Below are positions 35,715-44,624 of a DNA stretch of 64,000 nucleotides, piece after piece (position 1 is the first letter of the stretch; each line of letters starts with the position of its first letter). The stretch spans positions 192,001 to 256,000 of the forward strand of contig CAXXRD010000003.1 of the NCBI GenBank assembly GCA_963663895.2, read 5' to 3'. A model generated the notes under the pieces. It was given only the letters and a program-made list of their open reading frames with translations. It did no database searches and had not been told where the DNA came from. Origin of the DNA: Dehalococcoidia bacterium (GTDB lineage: Bacteria; Chloroflexota; Dehalococcoidia; Bin125). The translations under genes were made by a program, and so were the position numbers.

Positions 35715-36707
35715 GTGACGGCGACCATCTCCGATCCGGCCGCGCTCCTCGATCGCTATCTCTCCCAGCTCGCGGATCAGCGCCAACTCTCCCCCTACAC
35801 GCTGCGGAACTATCGCTCGGATCTCCTGCAGTTTCTTGGCTATTTGGCGGAGCAAAAGACGCCGCTGGAAAAGGTAACGCGGCATAGCTATCGCGCCTAT
35901 CTCACCAAGCTGCGGGAAGAGGGCGCCGCCGTAGGGAGCCTGCGGCGCCGGGCCAGCACGATTAAGGGATTCTTCAAACACTTACACGCCTGCAAGCTGC
36001 TGCCCAGCGACCCCCTGCGACTCGCGAGCGCCCCGAAAACCCCGGCACGCCTGCCGACTTTCCTGAATGAACAAGAGATCGACGCACTGCTGGCCGCACC
36101 CGAGATCAACAAACCGGCCGGGCTGCGAGACCGGGCCATCCTGGAAGTGCTCTACGGCGCCGGGCTGCGGGTGAGCGAGCTGGCGAAACTCCGACTGCCT
36201 GCAATCGACTGGGAGAACAAGCTCCTGCAAGTTCAGGGGAAAGGGGGGCGCGAGCGCGTCGCGTTGCTGGGCCAGGGAGCACTGGCGGCGATTCAGGACT
36301 ATGTCCGTGAAGGTCGGCCGGCCTTGGTCGGCGACAAAAGCGAAAACTGGCTCTGGCTGAACCGGTTCGGCGGGCCCCTGTCCGCAAGAGCGGTGCAGCT
36401 GGCCGTTCGTCGCTATGCCGTCCAAGCAGCGCTGTCCAAGAGCGTCCACCCGCACCTGCTGCGGCACACGTTCGCCACCCACATGCTCGAGCGTGGCGCG
36501 GATGTACGTATCGTGCAGGAGCTGCTGGGCCACGCGAGCGTGGGAACGACCCAGATTTACACGCACGTGACAGAAGCAGCCAAACGCGCCACTATTGAGG
36601 CGTCTTTGGACGGTATCAGCGAGCAGCTCCAGGTGCGGCTGACGGCGCGGCGCGAATCCCAGCGCCCCAGCGCGGCGCATCGCAACGAGGAGTCGCGGGC
36701 CTCTTGA
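35715..36707 (+). CDS. xerC: Tyrosine recombinase XerC/D
   Basis: LYGAGLRVSEL, HPHLLRHTFATH, LLGHASVGTTQIYTH; conserved dprA-topA-xer context. Confidence 0.9.
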   Translation: MTATISDPAALLDRYLSQLADQRQLSPYTLRNYRSDLLQFLGYLAEQKTPLEKVTRHSYRAYLTKLREEGAAVGSLRRRASTIKGFFKHLHACKLLPSDPLRLASAPKTPARLPTFLNEQEIDALLAAPEINKPAGLRDRAILEVLYGAGLRVSELAKLRLPAIDWENKLLQVQGKGGRERVALLGQGALAAIQDYVREGRPALVGDKSENWLWLNRFGGPLSARAVQLAVRRYAVQAALSKSVHPHLLRHTFATHMLERGADVRIVQELLGHASVGTTQIYTHVTEAAKRATIEASLDGISEQLQVRLTARRESQRPSAAHRNEESRAS

Positions 36708-37150
36708 AAATCTTACTCGTCTCCGGTCCCAACCTGAACCAGCTAGGGCAACGCGACCCAGCCCTCTACGGCCACCAGAGCCTCGCAGAGATCGAGGGGC
36801 TGGTGCGCAAGCGGGCCGATGAGTGGAGCGTAGAGATCGGGCCCTATCAATCGAATCACGAAGGCGCCCTGATCGACTTCATCCAAGAAGAGCGCGGCGC
36901 CGAGGGGATGATCATCAACCCCGGCGCTTTGGCGCACTATGGATACGCGCTCCGCGATGCAATCGAAGCATTCCCCGGCAAGGCCGTGGAGGTGCACATC
37001 TCCAACGTCCACGCCCGAGAGGAGTTCCGGCGCTCCTCGGTAACGGCACCGGTCACGGACGGCTTCGTAGCAGGGCTGGGCTGGCGGGGATATCTCGCTG
37101 CACTCGACGCACTAGTGGGGCTGCTGCACGAAGCAAAGGACGCCAAGTAA
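36704..37150 (+). CDS. aroQ: Type II 3-dehydroquinate dehydratase
   Basis: GPNLNQLG, QSNHEG, INPGAL, EVHISNVHAREEFR. Confidence 0.97.
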   Translation: MKILLVSGPNLNQLGQRDPALYGHQSLAEIEGLVRKRADEWSVEIGPYQSNHEGALIDFIQEERGAEGMIINPGALAHYGYALRDAIEAFPGKAVEVHISNVHAREEFRRSSVTAPVTDGFVAGLGWRGYLAALDALVGLLHEAKDAK

Positions 37151-37237
37151 CGCATGCGCCCATCGCAGCGGCGCGATGCACGCTAGGCTAAGTTCCGGCT
37201 CCGCCACATATCGGACAGCCGACGACAGGAATGGATC

Positions 37238-38359
37238 ATGAGCGACGCGAGCGCTGCCGAGAGCGTCTTGGGCGCCGCCCGGATCGCATCTTTGCTCGAG
37301 CGCTTGACGACCACGGACCTCGACGGGCTGCTGGTCACCGACCCGCACAACCGTCGCTATCTCTCAGGCTTCTCGGGATCCGCGGGCATGCTGCTCGTCA
37401 CCGGCGACCGCACAGCCCTCGCAACGGATTTCCGCTACTGGCAGCAGGCCGCGTCGCAGACGCACGGTATCGAGATCTTCAAACAAGAGGGCAAGCTCTC
37501 GGCGTGGTTGCCCGAACTGTTGGCGGGGCTCGGCGGAAAGAAGATCGGATACGAAGCAGGACATGTGAGCGTCGCACTGCACAAGCAGCTCCGCGAAGCG
37601 ATCGCGGGCATGCCGACCGGGGACCGCGCCTCATTGGTGCAGAGCGAAGGCGTGGTGGAAGGCTTGCGGACGGTAAAGGACGAAGCGGAGAAGCAGGCGC
37701 TGGAGCAGGCGGTGCGCCTGGGCGACGAGGCATTCGCGGCCGTATCCGCCCTGATCGAACCCGGCTGGACGGAGAAGCGCGTCGCTTGGGAGATCGAACG
37801 CTATGCCCGTGAGCACGGGGCGGAGGGATTGTCGTTCCCCACGATCGTAGGCGGCGGGGCGTGGGGCGCGATGCCGCACGCCTACCCACGCGACGAGCCG
37901 CTGCACGAAGGGGAACCCATCGTGATCGATATGGGTGTGATCGTTGCGGGATATTGCTCTGATATGACGCGAACGATCGTCCTGGGAAAGCCGGATGCGC
38001 AGTTCGGCGCCGTCTATGAAATCGTCCTGCTGGCTCAAGAGACGGCAGAAGCTACGATCGAGGCGGGAATGACGGGCGAAGCGGCCCACATGATCGCGCA
38101 GGCCATCATCGCCGAGGCCGGACACGGCGAGCGCTTTGGGCATGGGCTGGGGCACGGCGTGGGCTTGGAGGTCCACGAACGCCCGCAAGTCAGCGCCACC
38201 TCGAAGGATGTGATCGAGGAAGGCATGGTGATCACCGTCGAGCCCGGGATCTACATTCCCGGCTGGGGAGGCGTACGCATTGAGGATCAAGGCGTGATCG
38301 AGGACGGCAAACTGCGCGTGTTTACCGAGGCGCCAAAGCTACGAATGGTCGGTGTGTAG
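37238..38359 (+). CDS. Xaa-Pro aminopeptidase (M24B)
   Basis: YLSGFSGS, SFPTIV, DMG..YCSDMTRT, HGLGHGVGLEVHE, TVEPGIY, GVRIED. Confidence 0.95.
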   Translation: MSDASAAESVLGAARIASLLERLTTTDLDGLLVTDPHNRRYLSGFSGSAGMLLVTGDRTALATDFRYWQQAASQTHGIEIFKQEGKLSAWLPELLAGLGGKKIGYEAGHVSVALHKQLREAIAGMPTGDRASLVQSEGVVEGLRTVKDEAEKQALEQAVRLGDEAFAAVSALIEPGWTEKRVAWEIERYAREHGAEGLSFPTIVGGGAWGAMPHAYPRDEPLHEGEPIVIDMGVIVAGYCSDMTRTIVLGKPDAQFGAVYEIVLLAQETAEATIEAGMTGEAAHMIAQAIIAEAGHGERFGHGLGHGVGLEVHERPQVSATSKDVIEEGMVITVEPGIYIPGWGGVRIEDQGVIEDGKLRVFTEAPKLRMVGV

Positions 38360-38374
38360 GGGCAGGAGCAACCC

Positions 38375-38947
38375 GTGACGATGACTACCAGCGACCTGAA
38401 AAAGGGCGTCGTAATCGAGATGGACCACACTTTGCTACAAGTGGTCGATTGGGAGCACATCAAGATGGGACGCGGCAGTGCGCAAGTACGACTCAAGCTG
38501 CGCGACTTGCGCGGGGGGCACACGATCGAGAAGACCTTCCAGGCAGGCAGCAAGTTTCAGCGAGTACGGATTGACCGGAGGGTGATGCAGTATCTCTATG
38601 CTGAGGGGGATCTGCACCACTTCATGAACACGGAGACCTACGAGCAAACGCCGATCTCCGGGGCGCTCATCGGTGATGCAATGAAGTACCTAGCCGAGAA
38701 CGCCGAAGTTGATGTGCTGTTCAACGGTGACGATCCGATCGGGGTCGAACTGCCGGCTTCAGTGGAGTTGCGCATCACCGAGAGCGAACCGGGTGTGAAG
38801 GGCGACACGGCTTCGGCGGTGCTCAAGCCCGCTACGCTGGAAAGCGGGCTCGTCGTCCAGGTGCCGCTCTTTGTCGAGCCAGGCGACGTGATTAAGGTCA
38901 GCACGCGCACCGGTGCGTACCTTGAGCGCACCTCGACGGCGGAGTGA
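38375..38947 (+). CDS. efp: Elongation factor P (Arg-tip MGRG loop)
   Basis: HIKMGRGSAQVRLKL, MQYLY, PGVKGDTA, VQVPLF, YLER. Confidence 0.97.
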   Translation: MTMTTSDLKKGVVIEMDHTLLQVVDWEHIKMGRGSAQVRLKLRDLRGGHTIEKTFQAGSKFQRVRIDRRVMQYLYAEGDLHHFMNTETYEQTPISGALIGDAMKYLAENAEVDVLFNGDDPIGVELPASVELRITESEPGVKGDTASAVLKPATLESGLVVQVPLFVEPGDVIKVSTRTGAYLERTSTAE

Positions 38948-40296
38948 GCACGGGCCGCACACACGGAGCGGCGGCCATGAACGACCCCTACAGCGAATAC
39001 CACGAGCGTACCCGGCAGGCCGATCCAACAGAGGGACCACCGCTCTACCAACAACCATCCGACGTCGGGCCCGTGCGAAGCTACAGCGTCGGCAGGATTG
39101 CAGGCTATCTGCGTGATCTGCTGGACACGGACCCGCTGGTTACGGACATCTGGATCGCCGGGGAGGTCACCAGTCTCACCCGCTCGCAAGCCGGGCACCG
39201 ATATTTCACGCTCTCCGACGAGGAGGGCGCGCTCCGCTGCGTTCTCTTTCGACGAGAGGGCTTGGGAATGCAGTTCAACCAAGGAGAGCAGGTACTGGCG
39301 CACGGACGCGTCTCGCTCTACCAGGAGCGAGGGGATCTGCAGTTCTATGTTGATGCCCTCCAGCCCGAAGGCGTGGGAGTTCTGTATGCGGAATTCCGGC
39401 GCCTGCTGCTGCAACTGGAGAGTGAAGGCCTGTTCGATCCCGCGCGAAAACGGCCGCTGCCGCGCTACCCACGCAGGATCGGTGTCGCGACCTCACCAGT
39501 AGGGGCGGTCTGGCACGACATCCAGTCGGTGCTGCGGCGACGCTGGCCCATGACCCAACTGTTGCTGGCACCCTGTCAAGTGCAAGGCGAGGGCGCCGCC
39601 GCGACGATCGTGCAAGCGATCGCCGATCTCAATCAGATCTCGGAAGGGGGTACCGCACCTCTGGATCTGATCATCGTCGCCCGCGGCGGCGGATCGGTGG
39701 AAGATCTCTGGTCCTTCAACGATGAAGCCGTAGCGCGGGCGATCTTCGCAAGCAGGCTGCCAGTCGTCAGCGCGGTGGGACACGAGACCGACTTCACTAT
39801 TTCCGACTACGTGGCGGATGCACGGGCGCCCACGCCCTCGGTAGCGGCGGAGATCGTCGTACCAACGGTCGCCGCAGAAGAGGAACGGCTGCGGGCGGCC
39901 CGATCGAGCTTGGTCTTGGGGTTCGATCGGGCGCTGCGGGCGGCGCATGAAGACCTCGGAGAAGTCCGCGTGCGACTGCACGAAGCGGCACCGGATATCG
40001 AGCCGCTGCGACGCGAGGTGATCGGACTGCAATCCCAGGCTGGAGAGTGCGCCGCCCAAACCCTCGTGCTGCTGAGCACCGCCCTGACGACGCTGCGGGC
40101 GCGCCTCGCCGCATTGGATCCCGCCGCTACGCTGAGTCGCGGCTATGCGCTGGTACTGAATGCATCAGGGCGCCCTTTGCTTCGGGCGGCCTCCCTGCAG
40201 GAGAACGAACAAGTGCGGTTGCGATTCCAAGATGGCGAGGTCGGCGCACTGATCACGGAAGCGCTCCCGCAAGATCCCGCCACGGAGGCATACTGA
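38944..40296 (+). CDS. xseA: Exodeoxyribonuclease VII large subunit
   Basis: GHRYFTL, EGLFD, VARGGGSVEDLWSFN, AVGHETD, APTPS, TLSRGY. Confidence 0.96.
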   Translation: MSTGRTHGAAAMNDPYSEYHERTRQADPTEGPPLYQQPSDVGPVRSYSVGRIAGYLRDLLDTDPLVTDIWIAGEVTSLTRSQAGHRYFTLSDEEGALRCVLFRREGLGMQFNQGEQVLAHGRVSLYQERGDLQFYVDALQPEGVGVLYAEFRRLLLQLESEGLFDPARKRPLPRYPRRIGVATSPVGAVWHDIQSVLRRRWPMTQLLLAPCQVQGEGAAATIVQAIADLNQISEGGTAPLDLIIVARGGGSVEDLWSFNDEAVARAIFASRLPVVSAVGHETDFTISDYVADARAPTPSVAAEIVVPTVAAEEERLRAARSSLVLGFDRALRAAHEDLGEVRVRLHEAAPDIEPLRREVIGLQSQAGECAAQTLVLLSTALTTLRARLAALDPAATLSRGYALVLNASGRPLLRAASLQENEQVRLRFQDGEVGALITEALPQDPATEAY

Positions 40297-40511
40297 TGGC
40301 CAAGCAAGACAGCAGTCACCCAGCCTATGAAGAGTTGCTGGAGAAGCTCGCAGCGAGCGTCGCACGGCTGGAGAGCGGCGGACTGACGCTCGACGAGGCC
40401 CTGGCTACTTACGAGGAAGGGACCGCGATCGCCGCGCAGTGCCAAGCGTTGTTGGAAACGGCCGAACAAAAGATCCGTGAGCTACGGCAAGTGGTGGAGC
40501 CCGAAAGCTAA
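40296..40511 (+). CDS. xseB: Exodeoxyribonuclease VII small subunit
   Basis: YEELLEKL..VARLESG.LTLDEAL..YEEG..C..LL..AEQKI; TGATG overlap with xseA. Confidence 0.93.
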   Translation: MAKQDSSHPAYEELLEKLAASVARLESGGLTLDEALATYEEGTAIAAQCQALLETAEQKIRELRQVVEPES

Positions 40512-40513
40512 CC

Positions 40514-41206
40514 ATGGCACGTGCGGACCTGCACACTCATACCCGGCGTTCCCCCGACGGATCGACCTCTCCCGTTGCCTTCGTCCAGCGCTGCCTCGCG
40601 CGCGGCCTGACGCACGTAGCGGTCACCGATCACAATACGATCGCGGGCGCGCATGCCATCGCCGCCCAGGCAGCGGGGCGCATGACGGTGATCACCGGCG
40701 AGGAGGTAAGCACGACAGCGGGAGAGCTCATCGGGCTGTTCCTCGATCAGCGCGTGCCTCCTGGCCTGTCGCTGTTCGAGACGGTGGAGCGCATCCATGT
40801 GCAGGGCGGGCTTGTGATGGCGCCTCATCCATTCGATCCGCTGCGCCCGGGAATCCGGCGGGCGGGCCTGCGAGCGATCGGCAACGCGGTCGACATCATT
40901 GAGGGTTACAACGGCCGTGCGCTGCTCGGCCGCTTCGATCGCGCGGCGCGGCGCTGGGCGGAGGAGCACGATCGACCTGTGGGGCTTGGATCGGACGCGC
41001 ACGTCGAGGCGGAGCTGGGCCGGTCCATGATGGACCTGCCCGATTTCGACGGTCCCGACGAATTGCTTGTGGCGCTCCGCGAGGCCCGCTATTCCCTCGC
41101 TCCGCCAGCCTTTTGGCTGTTGCCGCTGAGCGGCGTTGCACTCGCGCGCCACTGGAGCGCCCGTGTAGCGCGATCCGCGCTTTCGAGAGCGGAGACGAAG
41201 CCATGA
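40514..41206 (+). CDS. PHP-domain metallophosphoesterase
   Basis: DLHTHT..SPDG, TDHN, GEEV, PHP, GSDAH. Confidence 0.9.
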   Translation: MARADLHTHTRRSPDGSTSPVAFVQRCLARGLTHVAVTDHNTIAGAHAIAAQAAGRMTVITGEEVSTTAGELIGLFLDQRVPPGLSLFETVERIHVQGGLVMAPHPFDPLRPGIRRAGLRAIGNAVDIIEGYNGRALLGRFDRAARRWAEEHDRPVGLGSDAHVEAELGRSMMDLPDFDGPDELLVALREARYSLAPPAFWLLPLSGVALARHWSARVARSALSRAETKP

Positions 41207-41988
41207 CGCTACCGATCGCCTGGTTCGCAACCGCGCGCGGCACCAGCTCCCGCCTGTTGTTCGAGAAGGTGCAGACGGCCATTGAGGCGGGCGAACTGGA
41301 CGCGCAAATCGTGGTCGCGTTCTGCAACCGCGAGCGCGGCCAGTCCGAGAACACCGACGCTTACCTGAACGCGGTCGCCGCGGCGGGCGTGCCCATTGAA
41401 ACGCTTTCATCGAAAGCATGGCGCGAACGATCGGGGGGGGCGACATCCAAGCCGGGCACACCCCTGCCTCAATGGCGCCACGACTTCGACACGGCCGTAT
41501 ACGAGCGGATTGCTCCGTACCGTCCGGCGATCGGCGTTCTCGCCGGATACATGCTGATCGCGACGGCGGCGCTGTGCGAGCGCCTCCCTCTTCTCAATCT
41601 GCACCCGGCCGAGCCCGGCGGACCGATCGGTACATGGCAAGAGGTGATCCGAGTCCTGATCGAGCAACGAGCGGAACGAAGTGGAATGATGATCCAGCGC
41701 GCGACCACCGCCCTCGACCGAGGGCCGATCGCGACGTGGTGCCGCTACTCAACGCGCGGCGGCCCGCTCGATGCGCTCTGGGCGGCACGCAGCGGGCCAC
41801 CGTCGGACGAAGAGCCGCTCTTCCCAGCACTCCGTGAGTTAGGCGTGCAACGGGAGCCGCACTTCCTCGTGGCATCGTTACGAGCGCTGGCGGACAGGCG
41901 CGCACCACTGCCACCACTCACGGGCCGCGGCCCGGAACTGGACCTGAGCGCAGACGTAGAACGTCTCCTCAAGAACAAGGGCCGGTGA
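41203..41988 (+). CDS. Atypical phosphoribosylglycinamide formyltransferase-like protein
   Basis: VLAGYMLI, LNLHPA, LDRGP motifs of formyl_trans_N; ATG at 41203 overlaps the PHP stop. Confidence 0.75.
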   Translation: MTLPIAWFATARGTSSRLLFEKVQTAIEAGELDAQIVVAFCNRERGQSENTDAYLNAVAAAGVPIETLSSKAWRERSGGATSKPGTPLPQWRHDFDTAVYERIAPYRPAIGVLAGYMLIATAALCERLPLLNLHPAEPGGPIGTWQEVIRVLIEQRAERSGMMIQRATTALDRGPIATWCRYSTRGGPLDALWAARSGPPSDEEPLFPALRELGVQREPHFLVASLRALADRRAPLPPLTGRGPELDLSADVERLLKNKGR

Positions 41989-42668
41989 TCCGGCTACAGC
42001 CGCCGCGGGCGGGTCCAGGACTGATCGGCAGGCCCGGCTGTGGCAGCTGTGGCTGCCTCATCCTGCTAAGTCTGCTGATCATCGTGATAGCGCTGCTGGC
42101 CACCGGCTATTTCTGGGGCCTCACGCCGGTCGGCCCCGGTGTGGAGGCGGGACGCTACAGCGTGCGGACGGCGGACGGAAGGATCCGTACGGAGCAGATC
42201 GGTACCCAACCGGCGCAGCGTTTCGACCTGAAGGTGCGCGATACGGAAGCGATCCCGCTGCAAAGCAACATCGCCATCGACATCATTTTCAGCGAGGCCG
42301 AAATCAACTCCAAGCTGCTGGAGCTGTTGGAAGAAAAGCGCCGAGAAGACCCAAACCTCAACATCACTAGCGCACTGATCGTGCTGCATCCCAGCGAGGC
42401 GACCGCCTTCGTCAATGGCGGCCTGCTCAGCCGCGATGCGGGGGTCGAGGTGGGCGTCACGTTCGGCATCGACGAAGAGAAGCAGCTCGACATCGACGTG
42501 AAGCGCGTCCGAACCGGGAAACTCCCACCGATCCCGTTCGGCGGCGCGATCGCCAACGCACTGATCGAACGCTCGGGGCTGGAGGAGCGCTTGGAAGCAG
42601 AATTCCCTACCCGCGTGAGCGCGGTGCGCATCGAAGAGGGCCGCCTGATCGTGGAGGTGACGCCCTAA
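41985..42668 (+). CDS. Membrane-anchored protein, DUF2993/LmeA-YpmS-like lipid-binding fold
   Basis: GCGSCGCL plus TM helix; FSEAEINS ... VRTGKLP ... VRIEEGRLIV pattern. Confidence 0.6.
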   Translation: MIRLQPPRAGPGLIGRPGCGSCGCLILLSLLIIVIALLATGYFWGLTPVGPGVEAGRYSVRTADGRIRTEQIGTQPAQRFDLKVRDTEAIPLQSNIAIDIIFSEAEINSKLLELLEEKRREDPNLNITSALIVLHPSEATAFVNGGLLSRDAGVEVGVTFGIDEEKQLDIDVKRVRTGKLPPIPFGGAIANALIERSGLEERLEAEFPTRVSAVRIEEGRLIVEVTP

Positions 42669-42814
42669 GGCATCGCCGAGGACGCGCCAACCCCGATCGC
42701 GGGGCGTTCTCGCGACGAAACCGAGGAGGCATTGGAACAAGACCGCTCGCGTACCAGAGAAAGTTCCGCAGGCTCCCGACGTAACTGTGGGAGCGCGCCC
42801 GTATACTGCACCCT

Positions 42815-43222
42815 ATGCAAGCGCCCTACTGTCCAAGCTGCCGCGAAAAGGTCGATCGAGGAGACCACTTCTGTCGTCATTGCGGCGTTGCACTCCTCGC
42901 GTATCGAGCGGCCACGGTAAGCGAGGCGGATCGGAGTGCCGCCAGCGAGCAGGCACTGACCGTACGCGAGGCGGAGATCCTGCCGGCCGTACGCGCCGAT
43001 CTCCGAGCGCTGCAGCCAGCCGTTGTGCGAACCATGGGCGTACTCGCTGCGGCGGGATTCTTGGAGTGGGCGGTACGCCGGGGCACCCGTGATCTCATTG
43101 AGGATGGGTTCGGCCTGCTGGGTCGCCGGGCAGCCAAACCCAAGACGCTCAGTCGGCGGGCCAACGGCACCGCGAAGGTCGAAACGCTCGTGATTCAGCA
43201 GCGGGTGTCGCTGCAGCAGTAG
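42815..43222 (+). CDS. Zinc-ribbon domain hypothetical protein
   Basis: YCPSC..GDHFCRHCG N-terminus; TATACT 7 nt upstream of ATG. Confidence 0.7.
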   Translation: MQAPYCPSCREKVDRGDHFCRHCGVALLAYRAATVSEADRSAASEQALTVREAEILPAVRADLRALQPAVVRTMGVLAAAGFLEWAVRRGTRDLIEDGFGLLGRRAAKPKTLSRRANGTAKVETLVIQQRVSLQQ

Positions 43223-43274
43223 GAGCCCGTCGACGAGCCGGGCCGCCGAATACCCTCCGTACTGAATCGACTGA

Positions 43275-44624
43275 ATGGTAGTGCGCTCTCGTTCGACGCT
43301 CTGGATCGGAATCGCAATCGTCCTCGGAACGGCGGTCAGCGGGCGCATCACACCGTTGAGCGGCCAGGAGACGCCGCCGCTCATGATTTCGGAGGTGCTG
43401 GTCGACAGCCACCAAGCTGGTGAAGAGGCAGCATACGAGTGGGTCGAGATCGTCAACCGCTCCGATGGAGCGGTTTCGCTGAGCGGCTGGCAACTCGAAG
43501 ACAACAACGCAGCCGACCTACTCCCCGACTTCATCGTGCCAGCGGGCGCTTTCGTGGTGATCGCGGCAACCACCGATGCGTTCGCCACAGACCTACAACC
43601 ACCGCTCCTGCTCACGCTCAGCGACGGCCGCATCGGCAACGGGCTCGCAAACTCGGGTGACCGCTTGGTGCTGCGAAATCCGTCCGGCACCGCGATCGAT
43701 GGAGTCTCGTGGGGCGACGACCAGTCGATCGCGACACTGCCCGCTCCCGCTGCGGGCGAGACGCTGGCGCGGACGACACCAGAGGCCGCTTTTCAGCTGG
43801 CGGCGCCGAGCCCAGGTGCGGCCGCGGCGCCGAGCCCCGAACCAGCCGTCGCACCCAACTCCGACACAACCGCAGCGCCCAACTCCGAGCCACCCGTCGC
43901 ACCCAGTTCCGAGTCAGTCGTTGCGCCTAGTTCCGACCCAACTGTCGCGCCTAGCCCTGACGCGGCCGCAGCGCCCTCAACCGCACCCGACGAGCCACCG
44001 CCGCTACGCCTGAGCGAGATCTTCAGCAACCCTGAAGGCAAGAGCGACAACGCATACGAGTGGGTCGAAATCTTCAACCCCACCGACCGCCCGGTGGAAC
44101 TCACCGGCTGGCGTATCAGCGACAACAACGCCAGCGATATCCTCGATTCGGGCCTCCTTCCCCCCGGCGAATACGTTGCCATCGCAGGAAGCGCGGAGGC
44201 CGTCGAGAAGTTCGACGGCGCGCCGATCCCGATCGTGATCCAGGACGGACGCATCGGGAACGGCCTCGCAAACGGGGGCGATACCGTGACGATCCAGGAC
44301 CCGGCAGGGCGGACGGTCGACAGTGTCGACTACGGGTCGTCCCGACTGCCCCCGCCGGAAGAGGGCCGATCGATCGCGCGAACCGACGACGGTTGGGTGA
44401 TCAATGCGGCACCGTCACCCGGATGGGCCGCCGTCGAGCCTCCGTTGGCCAGCCCACCAATCGAGCGGGGTTCCGACGGCGATGGGGCCCCGGACAGCTT
44501 CCCGGAAGACGCGGGCCGGGGCGTGCCGGCTTGGGTCTTGATAGCGATCGCGCTGGGTGTGCCACTTGCCGCCACCGCGGGACACGCGGCCTGGCACCGG
44601 CGCGGGGCGTGGACGCGTGGCTGA
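43275..44624 (+). CDS. Secreted/surface protein with two lamin-tail domains and C-terminal membrane anchor
   Basis: Duplicated ISE/LSE..AYEWVEI.N...V.L.GW...DNNA.D...DGRIGNGLAN.GD domains; signal peptide; C-terminal TM plus basic residues. Confidence 0.85.
   Translation: MVVRSRSTLWIGIAIVLGTAVSGRITPLSGQETPPLMISEVLVDSHQAGEEAAYEWVEIVNRSDGAVSLSGWQLEDNNAADLLPDFIVPAGAFVVIAATTDAFATDLQPPLLLTLSDGRIGNGLANSGDRLVLRNPSGTAIDGVSWGDDQSIATLPAPAAGETLARTTPEAAFQLAAPSPGAAAAPSPEPAVAPNSDTTAAPNSEPPVAPSSESVVAPSSDPTVAPSPDAAAAPSTAPDEPPPLRLSEIFSNPEGKSDNAYEWVEIFNPTDRPVELTGWRISDNNASDILDSGLLPPGEYVAIAGSAEAVEKFDGAPIPIVIQDGRIGNGLANGGDTVTIQDPAGRTVDSVDYGSSRLPPPEEGRSIARTDDGWVINAAPSPGWAAVEPPLASPPIERGSDGDGAPDSFPEDAGRGVPAWVLIAIALGVPLAATAGHAAWHRRGAWTRG
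43803..43970 (+). repeat. Seven degenerate 24-bp tandem repeats encoding an AP(S/N)(S/P)xxxx linker
   Basis: APSPGAAA/APSPEPAV/APNSDTTA/APNSEPPV/APSSESVV/APSSDPTV/APSPDAAA. Confidence 0.85.

Noticed and set aside
35715-36707. Tyrosine recombinase as a possible integrase or mobile element
   Set aside because: XerC/D-like sequence in the conserved dprA-topA-xer context, with no att sites or cargo.
43803-43970. CRISPR-like periodic repeats
   Set aside because: In-frame degenerate 24-bp coding repeats without spacers or cas genes.
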